A stretch of 32,000 bases of DNA from Candidatus Omnitrophota bacterium. GTDB lineage: Bacteria > Omnitrophota > Gorgyraeia > Duberdicusellales > 4484-171. The notes under the pieces were generated by a model. That model ran no database searches and was not told where the DNA came from. It was given only the letters and a program-made list of their open reading frames with translations. Shown one piece after another: positions 1 to 8,488 of this stretch; within the stretch, counting starts at the first letter, position 1; each line of letters starts with the position of its first letter. A program made the position numbers and the translations under genes. Location: NCBI GenBank assembly GCA_021735045.1, contig JAIPHU010000009.1, positions 13,925 to 45,924 on the forward strand. Direction: 5' to 3'.

Positions 1-1460
1 ATTCCAGAAATAAACCCTAGGCTAAATGCTCCGCCTAACGTCAAAGAAGTACCTATTAGCAATTCCGGAATTGTTTTTTTAAAGTATGTAGTTAAATCCT
101 CTAAAAAACTCCCGCCACTACCTTCTCCTGTTCCGGAGGTGCCAGGACCGGTTCCGGAGCCAGTATCTGCGCCAGTGCCAGTGCCGCCTTCGCGCCCACC
201 TTGAACTTCACCAGTAACACCAGTTCCAGCTAATCCTTCTGCTACCGGGTTAATCTTTACGCCTACACCTAAGGAGCTGCCTGCAACTGGCAGGCCTGTA
301 GCTGGCATAACAGGGGTAGTTTGTAAATTTGAAGCTAAAGCAGTACCATCAAAGCCGCCGGAATAATATTGCCTGCGGATTTGGCGCCTTAAGTGAGGGT
401 CGTAGTCGGTTTTAATAAAATCATAAACTCCCTTCTTGTAGGCTTTCACATAACGGGCATAGATTTTATCCTTTGCTTGTTTATCCTCAAGTTCTACACC
501 TTTGATTTTATTTTTGTCCAGATAAATTTCAGATAAAATAGTTTTCTTTAACTTCTGCTTAAACCAAATCGCTAGAATCAAAGCCGAATAAACTTGACGC
601 AGAGAGGCAAAATTTTTACCTTCGTTAATTTCTTTGGCAATTGCCGGAAGAATTATTTCTTTAGTTACTTTAGAAGAGATGCCGCTTAACTCTTGGGTAT
701 CTTTTTTATCTAATTGATCGGTTCCAATATCTTTATTGTCTAAGTTTTTATCCAGGGCAAGATAATCTTGCTCCAGCATCACTTTCAGCTTCGCTTTGGT
801 CACATAGCCGGTATTGCCATTTTCATAAACTTGAGCCTCAGCCGGAACGATCCAAATTTTATTAAAAGTATTAATCGGAATATTGGTAGTTCCGTATTTT
901 TGATAAGCTTTTTTGTAAACTTTATCCCAAAACTTCTTCCCTGACGGGCTTTCCGGATAAGTAAGTGAAGAAAGGAGTTGTTTTAGAATATAGTCTTGGC
1001 CGAGTAACTCTCTGCCTAAATCAGTTTGGCCTAAACCAGAAGGGATAATCCTGTCTTTTTCGTAAGGAGATAAATTAACCCAAAGGTCATCTTCGGGCAC
1101 AGTTAAAGAAGCCAGAAAATAACGAATTAATTCTTCTGATTCTTTTTTTAGTTCTTCTTTTGATAAATCACCCCTGTCACCGGTATCAACTATAAAATTA
1201 AATTCAAAAGGATTAGCCGGATTAATCCGCAGGCCGCGGACCATCGGCGGCACAAAATTGGGAGTTGGCTCAAGCAATTGGTCAGGAGCAGGTAAGGTGG
1301 ATGCATAACTTTTCGGTTGATTTCTGCTTACAAAAGGAATCAGGGCGGATAATAAAAAAGCGCTGATTAGAAAAATTATCAGGCACTTAAAAGAAAGGTG
1401 GGCTTTCTTTTTGGTTAAAAATAAAATAAAATTCGATTGATTTTCGTTCCTTCCCCGCAT
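1..1460 (-). CDS. Large hypothetical secreted/membrane-anchored protein, 5' part only (C-terminus runs off the window at position 1). It is not in the supplied ORF track.
   Basis: Manual translation of the minus strand from ATG at 1458-1460 gives 486 codons without a stop: MRGRNENQSNFILFLTKKKAHLSFKCLIIFLISAFLLSALIPFVS...DDLWVNLSPYEKDRIIP...KIWIVPAEAQVYENG... It ends in a Gly/Thr-rich linker (GGREGGTGTGADTGSGTGPGTSGTGEGSGG) and a hydrophobic stretch. There is an N-terminal hydrophobic anchor or signal. I recognise no enzymatic motif. Confidence 0.8.
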   Translation of the reverse strand, partial: MRGRNENQSNFILFLTKKKAHLSFKCLIIFLISAFLLSALIPFVSRNQPKSYASTLPAPDQLLEPTPNFVPPMVRGLRINPANPFEFNFIVDTGDRGDLSKEELKKESEELIRYFLASLTVPEDDLWVNLSPYEKDRIIPSGLGQTDLGRELLGQDYILKQLLSSLTYPESPSGKKFWDKVYKKAYQKYGTTNIPINTFNKIWIVPAEAQVYENGNTGYVTKAKLKVMLEQDYLALDKNLDNKDIGTDQLDKKDTQELSGISSKVTKEIILPAIAKEINEGKNFASLRQVYSALILAIWFKQKLKKTILSEIYLDKNKIKGVELEDKQAKDKIYARYVKAYKKGVYDFIKTDYDPHLRRQIRRQYYSGGFDGTALASNLQTTPVMPATGLPVAGSSLGVGVKINPVAEGLAGTGVTGEVQGGREGGTGTGADTGSGTGPGTSGTGEGSGGSFLEDLTTYFKKTIPELLIGTSLTLGGAFSLGFISG

Positions 1461-1662
1461 ATCATCCCTTTATAAGGTATATATAATAAACAACTAGGGA
1501 AAATATAACATATTTAGGGGTTGTAAATCTGCTAATTTAGCAGCTTTTGGTGGAATTTTGAAAACGCTTCCAAGCATTCAAGAAACGAAACTCTTTCGCA
1601 CTAGTATAATTTTTTTATGTATATGGAGAGGTCTAACCTCTCCAATCTTCAAATTGGGATTG

Positions 1663-2682
1663 TTAGCCAGTTTGGAGGTGTTGGTGAGACTTTTTGGTAG
1701 CAATTCGGCCCCGGGGGCTGCGGGTAACAAAGCCTTTGGTAAGTAGGTATGGTTCAACTACATCCTCAAGAGTTTGACGGTCTTCGCCTAAAGAGGCAGC
1801 AATGGCATCAATTCCGGCCGGGCCGCCTTGATAGATATTTATAAGTGCAGACAAATACTTTCTGTCAAGATCATCAAAACCTTGACCATCTATACCAACT
1901 TTATCTAAAGCACTTTTTGTTACCTCTAAATTAATTTTTCCATCTCCTTCAACTTGGGCATAATCTCTAATCCGTTTCAGCAAACGATTTGATAAACGCG
2001 GCGCACCTCGAGACCGGCTAGCAATCTCAAGACAGCTATCTTTATCAATCGGAATATCCAATAACTTTGCGCTTCGAGAAACAACTGTAGCTAGCTCATC
2101 AACCGGATAAAAATCAAAATCAAAAAATAAACCAAACCTTCCCCGCAAAGGTGCACTTAAAAGGCCTTTTTTTGTGGTTGCGCCGATTAAGGTAAACGGT
2201 TGTAGGTTAAACTTTACACTTTTGGCATAAGGCCCTTTATCAATTATAAAATCAATCTGGAAATTTTCCATAGCCGGATACAGAAACTCCTCAACCACCT
2301 TTGAAACCCGGTGAATTTCATCAATAAATAGCACATCGCCTTTTTCTAAATTAGTAAGAATTCCTACCAAATCTCCAGCTCGTTCAATCGCTGGCCCGCT
2401 AGTTGAAGTAAGTTTTGCTTTCATCTCTTTTGTTATACAATATGCCAGGGAAGTCTTTCCCAGCCCAGGGGGCCCAGAAAGTAAAAGATGTTCGATAGGT
2501 TCTTCTCTTTTTTTTGCAGCTTTAATTGCAACCCGCAAAGCTGATACTGTATTTTGCTGACCCGTAAACTCATCAAGGGTTTTTGGCCGCAGGGAAAGGT
2601 TTACAATTTGTTCTTCTTCGTTTTCTCCTAGATAATCAACAAATCGTTCTTCATTCATAATTGAAATTAGTTCTTGGCTCAT
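1663..2682 (-). CDS. ruvB: Holliday junction branch migration helicase RuvB
   Basis: 339 aa. LRPKTLDEFTGQ, Walker A GPPGLGKTSLA, DEIHR and RGRFG are typical RuvB AAA+ motifs. Confidence 0.95.
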   Translation of the reverse strand: MSQELISIMNEERFVDYLGENEEEQIVNLSLRPKTLDEFTGQQNTVSALRVAIKAAKKREEPIEHLLLSGPPGLGKTSLAYCITKEMKAKLTSTSGPAIERAGDLVGILTNLEKGDVLFIDEIHRVSKVVEEFLYPAMENFQIDFIIDKGPYAKSVKFNLQPFTLIGATTKKGLLSAPLRGRFGLFFDFDFYPVDELATVVSRSAKLLDIPIDKDSCLEIASRSRGAPRLSNRLLKRIRDYAQVEGDGKINLEVTKSALDKVGIDGQGFDDLDRKYLSALINIYQGGPAGIDAIAASLGEDRQTLEDVVEPYLLTKGFVTRSPRGRIATKKSHQHLQTG

Positions 2683-2683
2683 T

Positions 2684-2738
2684 GCTCTTAGCTCTTGGCA
2701 AAATATTAACTATGAGCTATCAGCCATGAGCTATGAGC
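2684..2738. repeat. GCTCWTRGC-type imperfect palindrome upstream of ruvB
   Basis: gctcttagctcttggc (2684-2699) pairs 14/16 with gccatgagctatgagc (2723-2738). The related word ttagttcttggc sits inside the ruvB 5' end. Confidence 0.7.
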
Positions 2739-2748
2739 TACAAATTAA

Positions 2749-3453
2749 TTAGCTACTCACCAATTGGGGTTTGGCAACTGAAATTGGGCCAAAAAGTTTT
2801 TCCTGCACCGCAGCAATCTCTTTTAACTTAATTAACTCTAAAATTGCTAAAAAAGTAACTACTATTTCTATCTTGCTTTTACTCTCTGAAAACAACTTCT
2901 CTAATGATACTTTCCCTTTTTCTAAAACAATGTGTAAAATATCGTGAATTTTATCTTCAACAGTAAATTCCTCTTTCATCACTTCAAAAAAAACATCTTT
3001 AGGAACTTCTTTCAGAGCCGATTTAAATGCGCTGATTAAATCAAAAATTGAAGCTTCAATATAGGTTTGGCTATATTCTTTTGATGATGTTGGTGGACGA
3101 GGAAAATATTTATTTCTTTGATCTTCTTTATTCCGTAAGAATCCTGCTGCTTCTTTAAACTTTTCATATTCAAGCAATCTTTTGACCAAATCATCAGCTT
3201 TTTCTTCCTCTTCTTCTTGATCTTCTTCTTCCTTAGGTAAAATACTTTTTGATTTTATACTAATTAGATTAGCAGCCATCAATAAATACTCTGAAGCAAC
3301 AGTTAAATCAAGGAGCTCCATAACCTCAAGAAATTGTAAGTATTGATCGACCACTTGTGTAATCGAGATATCGGAAATCTCTAAGTGATTTTTTTTGATT
3401 AAATAAAGAAGCAAATCTAGAGGACCCTCAAAAATATCTAACTTTAATCTCAT
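2749..3453 (-). CDS. scpA: Segregation and condensation protein A (kleisin)
   Basis: 234 aa. The N-terminus LDIFEGPLDLLLYLIKKNHLEISDISITQVVDQYLQFL is the characteristic ScpA signature, followed by an acidic linker. Confidence 0.9.
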   Translation of the reverse strand: MRLKLDIFEGPLDLLLYLIKKNHLEISDISITQVVDQYLQFLEVMELLDLTVASEYLLMAANLISIKSKSILPKEEEDQEEEEEKADDLVKRLLEYEKFKEAAGFLRNKEDQRNKYFPRPPTSSKEYSQTYIEASIFDLISAFKSALKEVPKDVFFEVMKEEFTVEDKIHDILHIVLEKGKVSLEKLFSESKSKIEIVVTFLAILELIKLKEIAAVQEKLFGPISVAKPQLVSS

Positions 3454-3496
3454 CTTTTTATCACTAGCATATATTGCTTAATTTAAACTTTGATAA

Positions 3497-3622
3497 ACCC
3501 AAATTCCAAATTTCAAATCACAAATTAATTTCAAATACCAAATATCAAATTAATATTATTTTTCTTTTTAGATTTTATGATTTGTCATTGATTTGACATT
3601 TGGATTTTGTCATTTGTAATTA
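3497..3622. repeat. CAAAT/ATTTG-rich long imperfect hairpin element (copy 1)
   Basis: The left arm is made of CAAAT-containing words (...ccaaatttcaaatcacaaattaatttcaaataccaaatatcaaat...). The right arm holds the complementary ATTTG words (...gatttgtcattgatttgacatttggattttgtcatttgtaatt). It shares strings with 19741-19855. Confidence 0.75.
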
Positions 3623-3640
3623 GCTTAATATTTCTACGAA

Positions 3641-4627
3641 CTAAATTAGCTTCATTGCCTTCTTTGCTTCCCTTAATGTAGCTGAAGCAACTTTTTTTGC
3701 TTTCGCTTCTCCTCTATTTAGTATATCATATATTTTATTTTTGTCTTTGAGTATTTCTTTTTTTTCTTCCCTTTTTGGCGTTAAAAACTTTTTTATCGAG
3801 CTCAATAATATTTTTTTACATTCAACACACCCTTTCTTTGCATGAGTGCACCAATCTCCTACATCTTCTTCTAAATCTGGATTAATTATTCTATAGTATG
3901 AAAAAACATTGCACTTTTTCGGATGGCCGGGATCTTTTTTCCTTTTCCTAGCTGGATCAGTAAACATTCCTAAAACTTTTTTTTCTAGCGAATCATCATC
4001 TTGATCTAAAGCTATATAATTATTATAACTTTTGCTCATCTTTCTTCCATCTAAACCGCTAAGCCTAGAAACTTTAGTCAATAAAGCTTGTGGTTCAGTA
4101 AAAACTTTCTTTTTATAAAGACTACTAAATCTACGCACAATTTCTCTAGATAACTCAAGATGGGGCAACTGGTCTTCTCCTACCGGCACATAGTTTGCTT
4201 TATACAACACTATATCCGAAGCCTGAAGAGCAGGGTAACCCAAAAACGCATAAGTATTTATATCCTTTTCTTTAAGCTGTTTGACTTGCTCTTTAAAAGT
4301 CGGACATCGAGTCAGCCACCCCAATGGAGTAATAACAGATAAGATCATGAATAGTTCGAGATGTTCCAAAACTTGTGACTGTCTAAAAATAGTTGATCTA
4401 TGAGGATCAACCCCAAAAACCAACCAATCAGCTACATTATCAACAGTTATATCTTTAATCAATTTCGGATTTTTATATTCACTCATCAAAGCATGCCAGT
4501 CAGCAACCATAAAAAAACAATTATATTTTTCTTGGAGGCTAATCCAATTAGACAATGCCCCTACCCAATGTCCAAGATGAAGCTTTCCAGTTGGCCGCAT
4601 TCCACTAAGTATTACTTTTTTATTCAT
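3641..4627 (-). CDS. trpS: Tryptophan--tRNA ligase
   Basis: 328 aa. Class I motifs HLGH (KLHLGHW) and KMSKS, with bacterial TrpRS length. A C-terminal Cys4 motif is described in the findings. Confidence 0.95.
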   Translation of the reverse strand: MNKKVILSGMRPTGKLHLGHWVGALSNWISLQEKYNCFFMVADWHALMSEYKNPKLIKDITVDNVADWLVFGVDPHRSTIFRQSQVLEHLELFMILSVITPLGWLTRCPTFKEQVKQLKEKDINTYAFLGYPALQASDIVLYKANYVPVGEDQLPHLELSREIVRRFSSLYKKKVFTEPQALLTKVSRLSGLDGRKMSKSYNNYIALDQDDDSLEKKVLGMFTDPARKRKKDPGHPKKCNVFSYYRIINPDLEEDVGDWCTHAKKGCVECKKILLSSIKKFLTPKREEKKEILKDKNKIYDILNRGEAKAKKVASATLREAKKAMKLI

Positions 4628-4628
4628 T

Positions 4629-4696
4629 GTTAATTGGTTAATTTGTTAATTGGTTAATTGGTTAATTAACCACTCACCAATTAACTACTCACTAAT
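4629..4696. repeat. TTAATTGG octamer array forming an AT-rich hairpin, abutting the trpS start
   Basis: gttaattggttaatttgttaattggttaattggttaatt is followed by aaccactcaccaattaactactcactaatt. Arms of 9 and 10 bp pair around an AATT centre. Confidence 0.8.
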
Positions 4697-4712
4697 TCGT
4701 ATATCCCCCTGG

Positions 4713-6617
4713 TTATAGTTTGCGGGAAATTACCTCTTGGCCAAAAACATCAATATAATCGCCTTCTTTAATTTGATCATACCCTAGGCCAATCCCACAT
4801 TCATAACCTTCTTTAACTTCCCGAGCGTCATTTTTAAATCTTTTTAAAGTTTCGATCTTTCCTTCAAATACAATATCGCCACCTCGAGTTAGTTGACAAG
4901 GAGCCCCCCGCAATATTTTACCTTTCTCAACTTGAGATCCGGCAATAACTCCAGATTTTGAAACATTAAAAACAGCCTTTACTCTAGCTCTCCCCATAAA
5001 AGTTTTTTTCACATGAGGGGTAAGCAAACCTTCTAAAGCCGCCTTAATATCATCTATTAACTCATAAATAATATGATAAGTTCTAACCTCTATCCCCTTC
5101 TTTTTAGCTAAATCTCTTGCTTGCGAATCTGTAGTAACCTTAAACCCTACCACCACAGCATCACTAACTTCAGCTAAAAGTATATCGGAAGAATTTATTA
5201 AACCGACACCTTTATGTACCGTTGACAACTCCACCTCTTTGGAAGGAATTTTAGCCAAAGCTCCCTCTACAGCCTCAAGAGTTCCTCCTACATCTGCTTT
5301 TAAAATAATCTTTAATTTTTTTATCTCTCCTTGTTTAATCTTTTTATGTAAATCTTCAAATCGCAGATGAGTAACTGGAGTAATCTTTTTCTTTTTTTCT
5401 TCATCTTCTCTTTTTTTCATAATTTCTTTAGCGGTTTTTTCATCAGGAGCCACCATCAACTTATCACCTGGAGCCGGTACCCCATTTAAGCCCAAAATTT
5501 CAATCGGTTCAGAAGGAAAAACCTTATCTTGGGTATTTCCCAGATCGTCATGCATTGCTTTAATTTTTCCTCCATATCTACCACACACACACCATTGGCC
5601 TGTCTCTAAAGTTCCTTCTTTGATCAAGACAGTGGCTAAAGCTCCTTTACCTTTAGAAAGACGGCCTTCAACAACAACGCCTATTGCCGGACGGTCAAAG
5701 TCTGCCTTCAACTCCATAACATCAGCTTGCAGCAAAATCAAATCAAGCAACTCATCTATACCGCTACCTTTTGTGGCCGAAACTTCCACAGTAGTAGTTT
5801 TTCCTCCCCAGTCTTCAGGAACCAGTTCTTGTTTAGATAGACCTTGTTTTACCATATCAATATTAGCATTATCCTTATCAATTTTGTTGATCGCTACAAT
5901 TATTGGTACTTCAGCAGCTTTAGCATGATCAATAGCTTCTATGGTTTGAGGTTTTATCCCATCATCAGCTGCAATAACAATAACTACGATATCAGTAATA
6001 CTTGCACCTCTGGCTCTCATTTGAGTAAAAGTCTCATGCCCAGGAGTATCGAGAAAACTAACACTTCCCTTGTCTAAATTAACTTGATAAGCTCCAATAT
6101 GCTGGGTAATCCCCCCGGTTTCTTGATTTGTTACCTTACTCTTGCGGATATAGTCTAAGATACTAGTTTTGCCATGATCAATGTGTCCCATTAAAGTGAC
6201 TATAGGGGCTCTTTTTTTAACGTTTTTTGATTCTGTTTGTAAAATTTGTTCTTCTTGAGTTGGCTTTTCTTTTAAGTTAACCTTATAATCATAAGCAATA
6301 GTTTGAGCAGTTTTTTCATCTAAATTTTGGTTAATAGTAAACATCTTTCCTTTTTTAAATAAATCTCCGAGAAGCTGAGATGGTTTTTTACCTAATTTGG
6401 TAGATAAATCTTTAATTGTTATTGGGAAATCCACCTCAATAATATTTTCTTCTATCTCTTTTTTATCTAACTCTTCTACCTCATGTTTTATAATTTCAGC
6501 TGTATCTTTATCTACAACGGACATATGATTTTTTACGGGAAAATTAAGGCTTTTGAGCTTTTTAATCAATTCCTTGCTATCGATGTCCAATTGTTTAGCT
6601 AATTCATAAATTCTCAT
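4713..6617 (-). CDS. infB: Translation initiation factor IF-2 (short N-terminal region)
   Basis: 634 aa. G-domain motifs GHIDHGKTS, DTPGH and NKID. It sits downstream of nusA as in the canonical rimP-nusA-infB operon, with SD GAGGT upstream. Confidence 0.95.
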   Translation of the reverse strand: MRIYELAKQLDIDSKELIKKLKSLNFPVKNHMSVVDKDTAEIIKHEVEELDKKEIEENIIEVDFPITIKDLSTKLGKKPSQLLGDLFKKGKMFTINQNLDEKTAQTIAYDYKVNLKEKPTQEEQILQTESKNVKKRAPIVTLMGHIDHGKTSILDYIRKSKVTNQETGGITQHIGAYQVNLDKGSVSFLDTPGHETFTQMRARGASITDIVVIVIAADDGIKPQTIEAIDHAKAAEVPIIVAINKIDKDNANIDMVKQGLSKQELVPEDWGGKTTTVEVSATKGSGIDELLDLILLQADVMELKADFDRPAIGVVVEGRLSKGKGALATVLIKEGTLETGQWCVCGRYGGKIKAMHDDLGNTQDKVFPSEPIEILGLNGVPAPGDKLMVAPDEKTAKEIMKKREDEEKKKKITPVTHLRFEDLHKKIKQGEIKKLKIILKADVGGTLEAVEGALAKIPSKEVELSTVHKGVGLINSSDILLAEVSDAVVVGFKVTTDSQARDLAKKKGIEVRTYHIIYELIDDIKAALEGLLTPHVKKTFMGRARVKAVFNVSKSGVIAGSQVEKGKILRGAPCQLTRGGDIVFEGKIETLKRFKNDAREVKEGYECGIGLGYDQIKEGDYIDVFGQEVISRKL

Positions 6618-6660
6618 AGATATACCTCATACTTTAAGTTTAATTATTTTTTGATTTAAT

Positions 6661-7935
6661 CTATCCTTTGTTTTCTTGCTCTTGCTGACTGTCTTGTTCC
6701 TCTTGTTGGTCGGCTGCATTAGCTTCTGCTTCTTGCTCCCTTATTCTCCTTTCTTTTTCTTCTTTCTTCAGCCTTCTATCTTCTTGCTGTTTTCTTTGTT
6801 CAGCTTTAACTTTTTTAGCTTCTTTTATAATTTTAGCTGCTTTTTTCTTACCTATCCCTTTTAATTCTGCAAGTTTTTTTTCCTCAGCATTCTCTAGCGA
6901 ATTTAATGAATTATAACCAGAATCAACTAAACTTTCTGCTGCTTTTTTACCTAAACTCTTTAATTTTTGCAGTTCTTTAATTGCCTCTTCTATACTTTCT
7001 TTTGATCTTACATCTATGTCCCAATTAACAAGCTTAGAAGCCAGCCTTACATTTTGTCCCCTTTTTCCAATAGCAATAGAAAGCTGATCTGAACTAAGTT
7101 GAACTTTGGCTCTTTTGTTTTCTCTGTCTAGCTCAATCATCGAAATTACTGCTGGGGAAAGCGCAGCCTTAATAAATTCTTTGATGTCTTCACTCCACCT
7201 TACAATATCAATCTTTTCACCCCGTAATTCCTCAATTATATTTTTTACTCTTGAACCTCTGATTCCCACACAAGCCCCCACGCAATCAACTTTTTCTTCC
7301 TTGGAATATACTGCAATTTTTGTCCGTTCACCAGCTTGGCGAGCAATAGATTTTATCTCCACTATACCCTCGGATATCTCCGGTACTTCAAGTTGAAATA
7401 GTTTCTTAACCAAAAGAGGGTCAATACGTGAAAGTATGATCTGGGTCCCTCTTTCTCTTTTTACTTCATAAACATAAGCCTTAACTCTTTCCCCCATTTT
7501 AAATCTATCTAAAGATGAAAGAAAAGATTTAGGGATTATACCTTCGGTTTTACCCATCAAATCTAAAATCACAGCTCTTTTTTCTAAGCGATAAACTACT
7601 CCGCCGACTATATCACCTTCTTTTTCCTTATACTCGTCATAAATATTATTTTTTTCTGCCTCACGAATTTTTTGGATAATTACCTGACGAGCAGTTTGAG
7701 CTGCAATCCGTCCGAATTCCTGAGAAGTTACCTCTCTATCACCAATATAGACATGAATATCTCCACCCTTATCATCTATATCAACCGTTACATCTTCTTC
7801 GTCATGAGAACTCATTTTAGCTATTTTTTTTGCTGCAACAGTTAGGGCATAACGAACAGACTCCATAAGAACTTCTTTATCCAGCCCCTTTTCCCTTTCC
7901 AGTTGAGCAATTATACTTAAAAACTCTCTCTTCAC
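6661..7935 (-). CDS. nusA: Transcription termination/antitermination factor NusA (GTG start) with a K/E/Q-rich C-terminal tail
   Basis: 424 aa with NusA N-terminal, S1 and KH region similarity (FGRIAAQTARQVIIQKIREAE, GACVGIRGSRVKNI, AIGKRGQNVRLASKL). SD AGGAGG lies 6 nt upstream of the GTG. Confidence 0.95.
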   Translation of the reverse strand: MKREFLSIIAQLEREKGLDKEVLMESVRYALTVAAKKIAKMSSHDEEDVTVDIDDKGGDIHVYIGDREVTSQEFGRIAAQTARQVIIQKIREAEKNNIYDEYKEKEGDIVGGVVYRLEKRAVILDLMGKTEGIIPKSFLSSLDRFKMGERVKAYVYEVKRERGTQIILSRIDPLLVKKLFQLEVPEISEGIVEIKSIARQAGERTKIAVYSKEEKVDCVGACVGIRGSRVKNIIEELRGEKIDIVRWSEDIKEFIKAALSPAVISMIELDRENKRAKVQLSSDQLSIAIGKRGQNVRLASKLVNWDIDVRSKESIEEAIKELQKLKSLGKKAAESLVDSGYNSLNSLENAEEKKLAELKGIGKKKAAKIIKEAKKVKAEQRKQQEDRRLKKEEKERRIREQEAEANAADQQEEQDSQQEQENKG

Positions 7936-7951
7936 AAGTTACCTCCTATTG

Positions 7952-7989
7952 ATTGGCTCTTAGCTGTTAGCTCATGGCTCATTGCCAAT
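7952..7989. repeat. GCTCWTRGC-type element upstream of nusA
   Basis: attggctcttagctgttagctcatggctcattgccaat. It shares the 10-mers gctcttagct and ggctcattgc with 2677-2699 and has outer ATTGGC/GCCAAT pairing. Confidence 0.7.
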
Positions 7990-8032
7990 AACTTTAAAAA
8001 ACATAAGTTATAAACCAACTGTATTTCTTTAG

Positions 8033-8488
8033 TTAAGTTCTAAACTTTTGTTTGCCTGTTTTTACTTTGTCAAAATCTATAGATATTTGGTCTCCCTTAT
8101 ATTCTAAAATAAGTTTACCTTCTCTTAGGTCCTTTAGCCTTGCCTCTAGAAATTGCTTATCTAAAACCGGTTGATTAAGCCAAAGAAGGATATTTTTCCC
8201 TTTAACTTTTAGAAAATCCTGAGGCCGTTTTAATAATCTATCTAATCCCGGTGAGTTAACTTCTACTGTATAATCAACATCAGAAAGAGATTCTTGAAGT
8301 TGATTAAAAATTATTTTATTTATCTGCCCACACTTATCTAAAGTAATGCCTCCTGCTGGATAGTCAATCAAGCATCTAATGGTTAACTTGCCTCTTAGAT
8401 TAAAAGCTCTATACTCAACAAGTTCTACCTGTTCTTTTTTAATAATTTGCTTAACTTTATTTTCAATTTTATTTAGTATTATACTCAT
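8033..8488 (-). CDS. rimP: Ribosome maturation factor RimP
   Basis: 151 aa. It contains VNSPGLDRLLKRPQDF and lies directly upstream of nusA. Confidence 0.85.
   Translation of the reverse strand: MSIILNKIENKVKQIIKKEQVELVEYRAFNLRGKLTIRCLIDYPAGGITLDKCGQINKIIFNQLQESLSDVDYTVEVNSPGLDRLLKRPQDFLKVKGKNILLWLNQPVLDKQFLEARLKDLREGKLILEYKGDQISIDFDKVKTGKQKFRT

Noticed and set aside
1558-1746. Plus-strand 62-aa ORF spanning the spacer and the ruvB 3' end.
   Set aside because: It overlaps the ruvB C-terminus in antisense and has no SD. The spacer part is better explained by hairpins (GGAGAGG-tctaa-CCTCTCC at 1625-1643; CTGCTAA-t-TTAGCAG at 1530-1544).
4629-4668. A possible CRISPR array, considered for the short tandem repeats here and at 14590-14620 and 27211-27249.
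   Set aside because: The units are 7-8 bp (or 16 bp) and contiguous, with no spacers, and the total length is under 45 bp. No cas genes are present.
4628-4712. A T-box leader upstream of trpS, and L-box/lysine riboswitches upstream of lysA, dapA and dapB.
   Set aside because: The spacers are 35-134 nt, shorter than these elements (roughly 180 nt or more). I could not find the T-box sequence or the conserved L-box core helices by eye.
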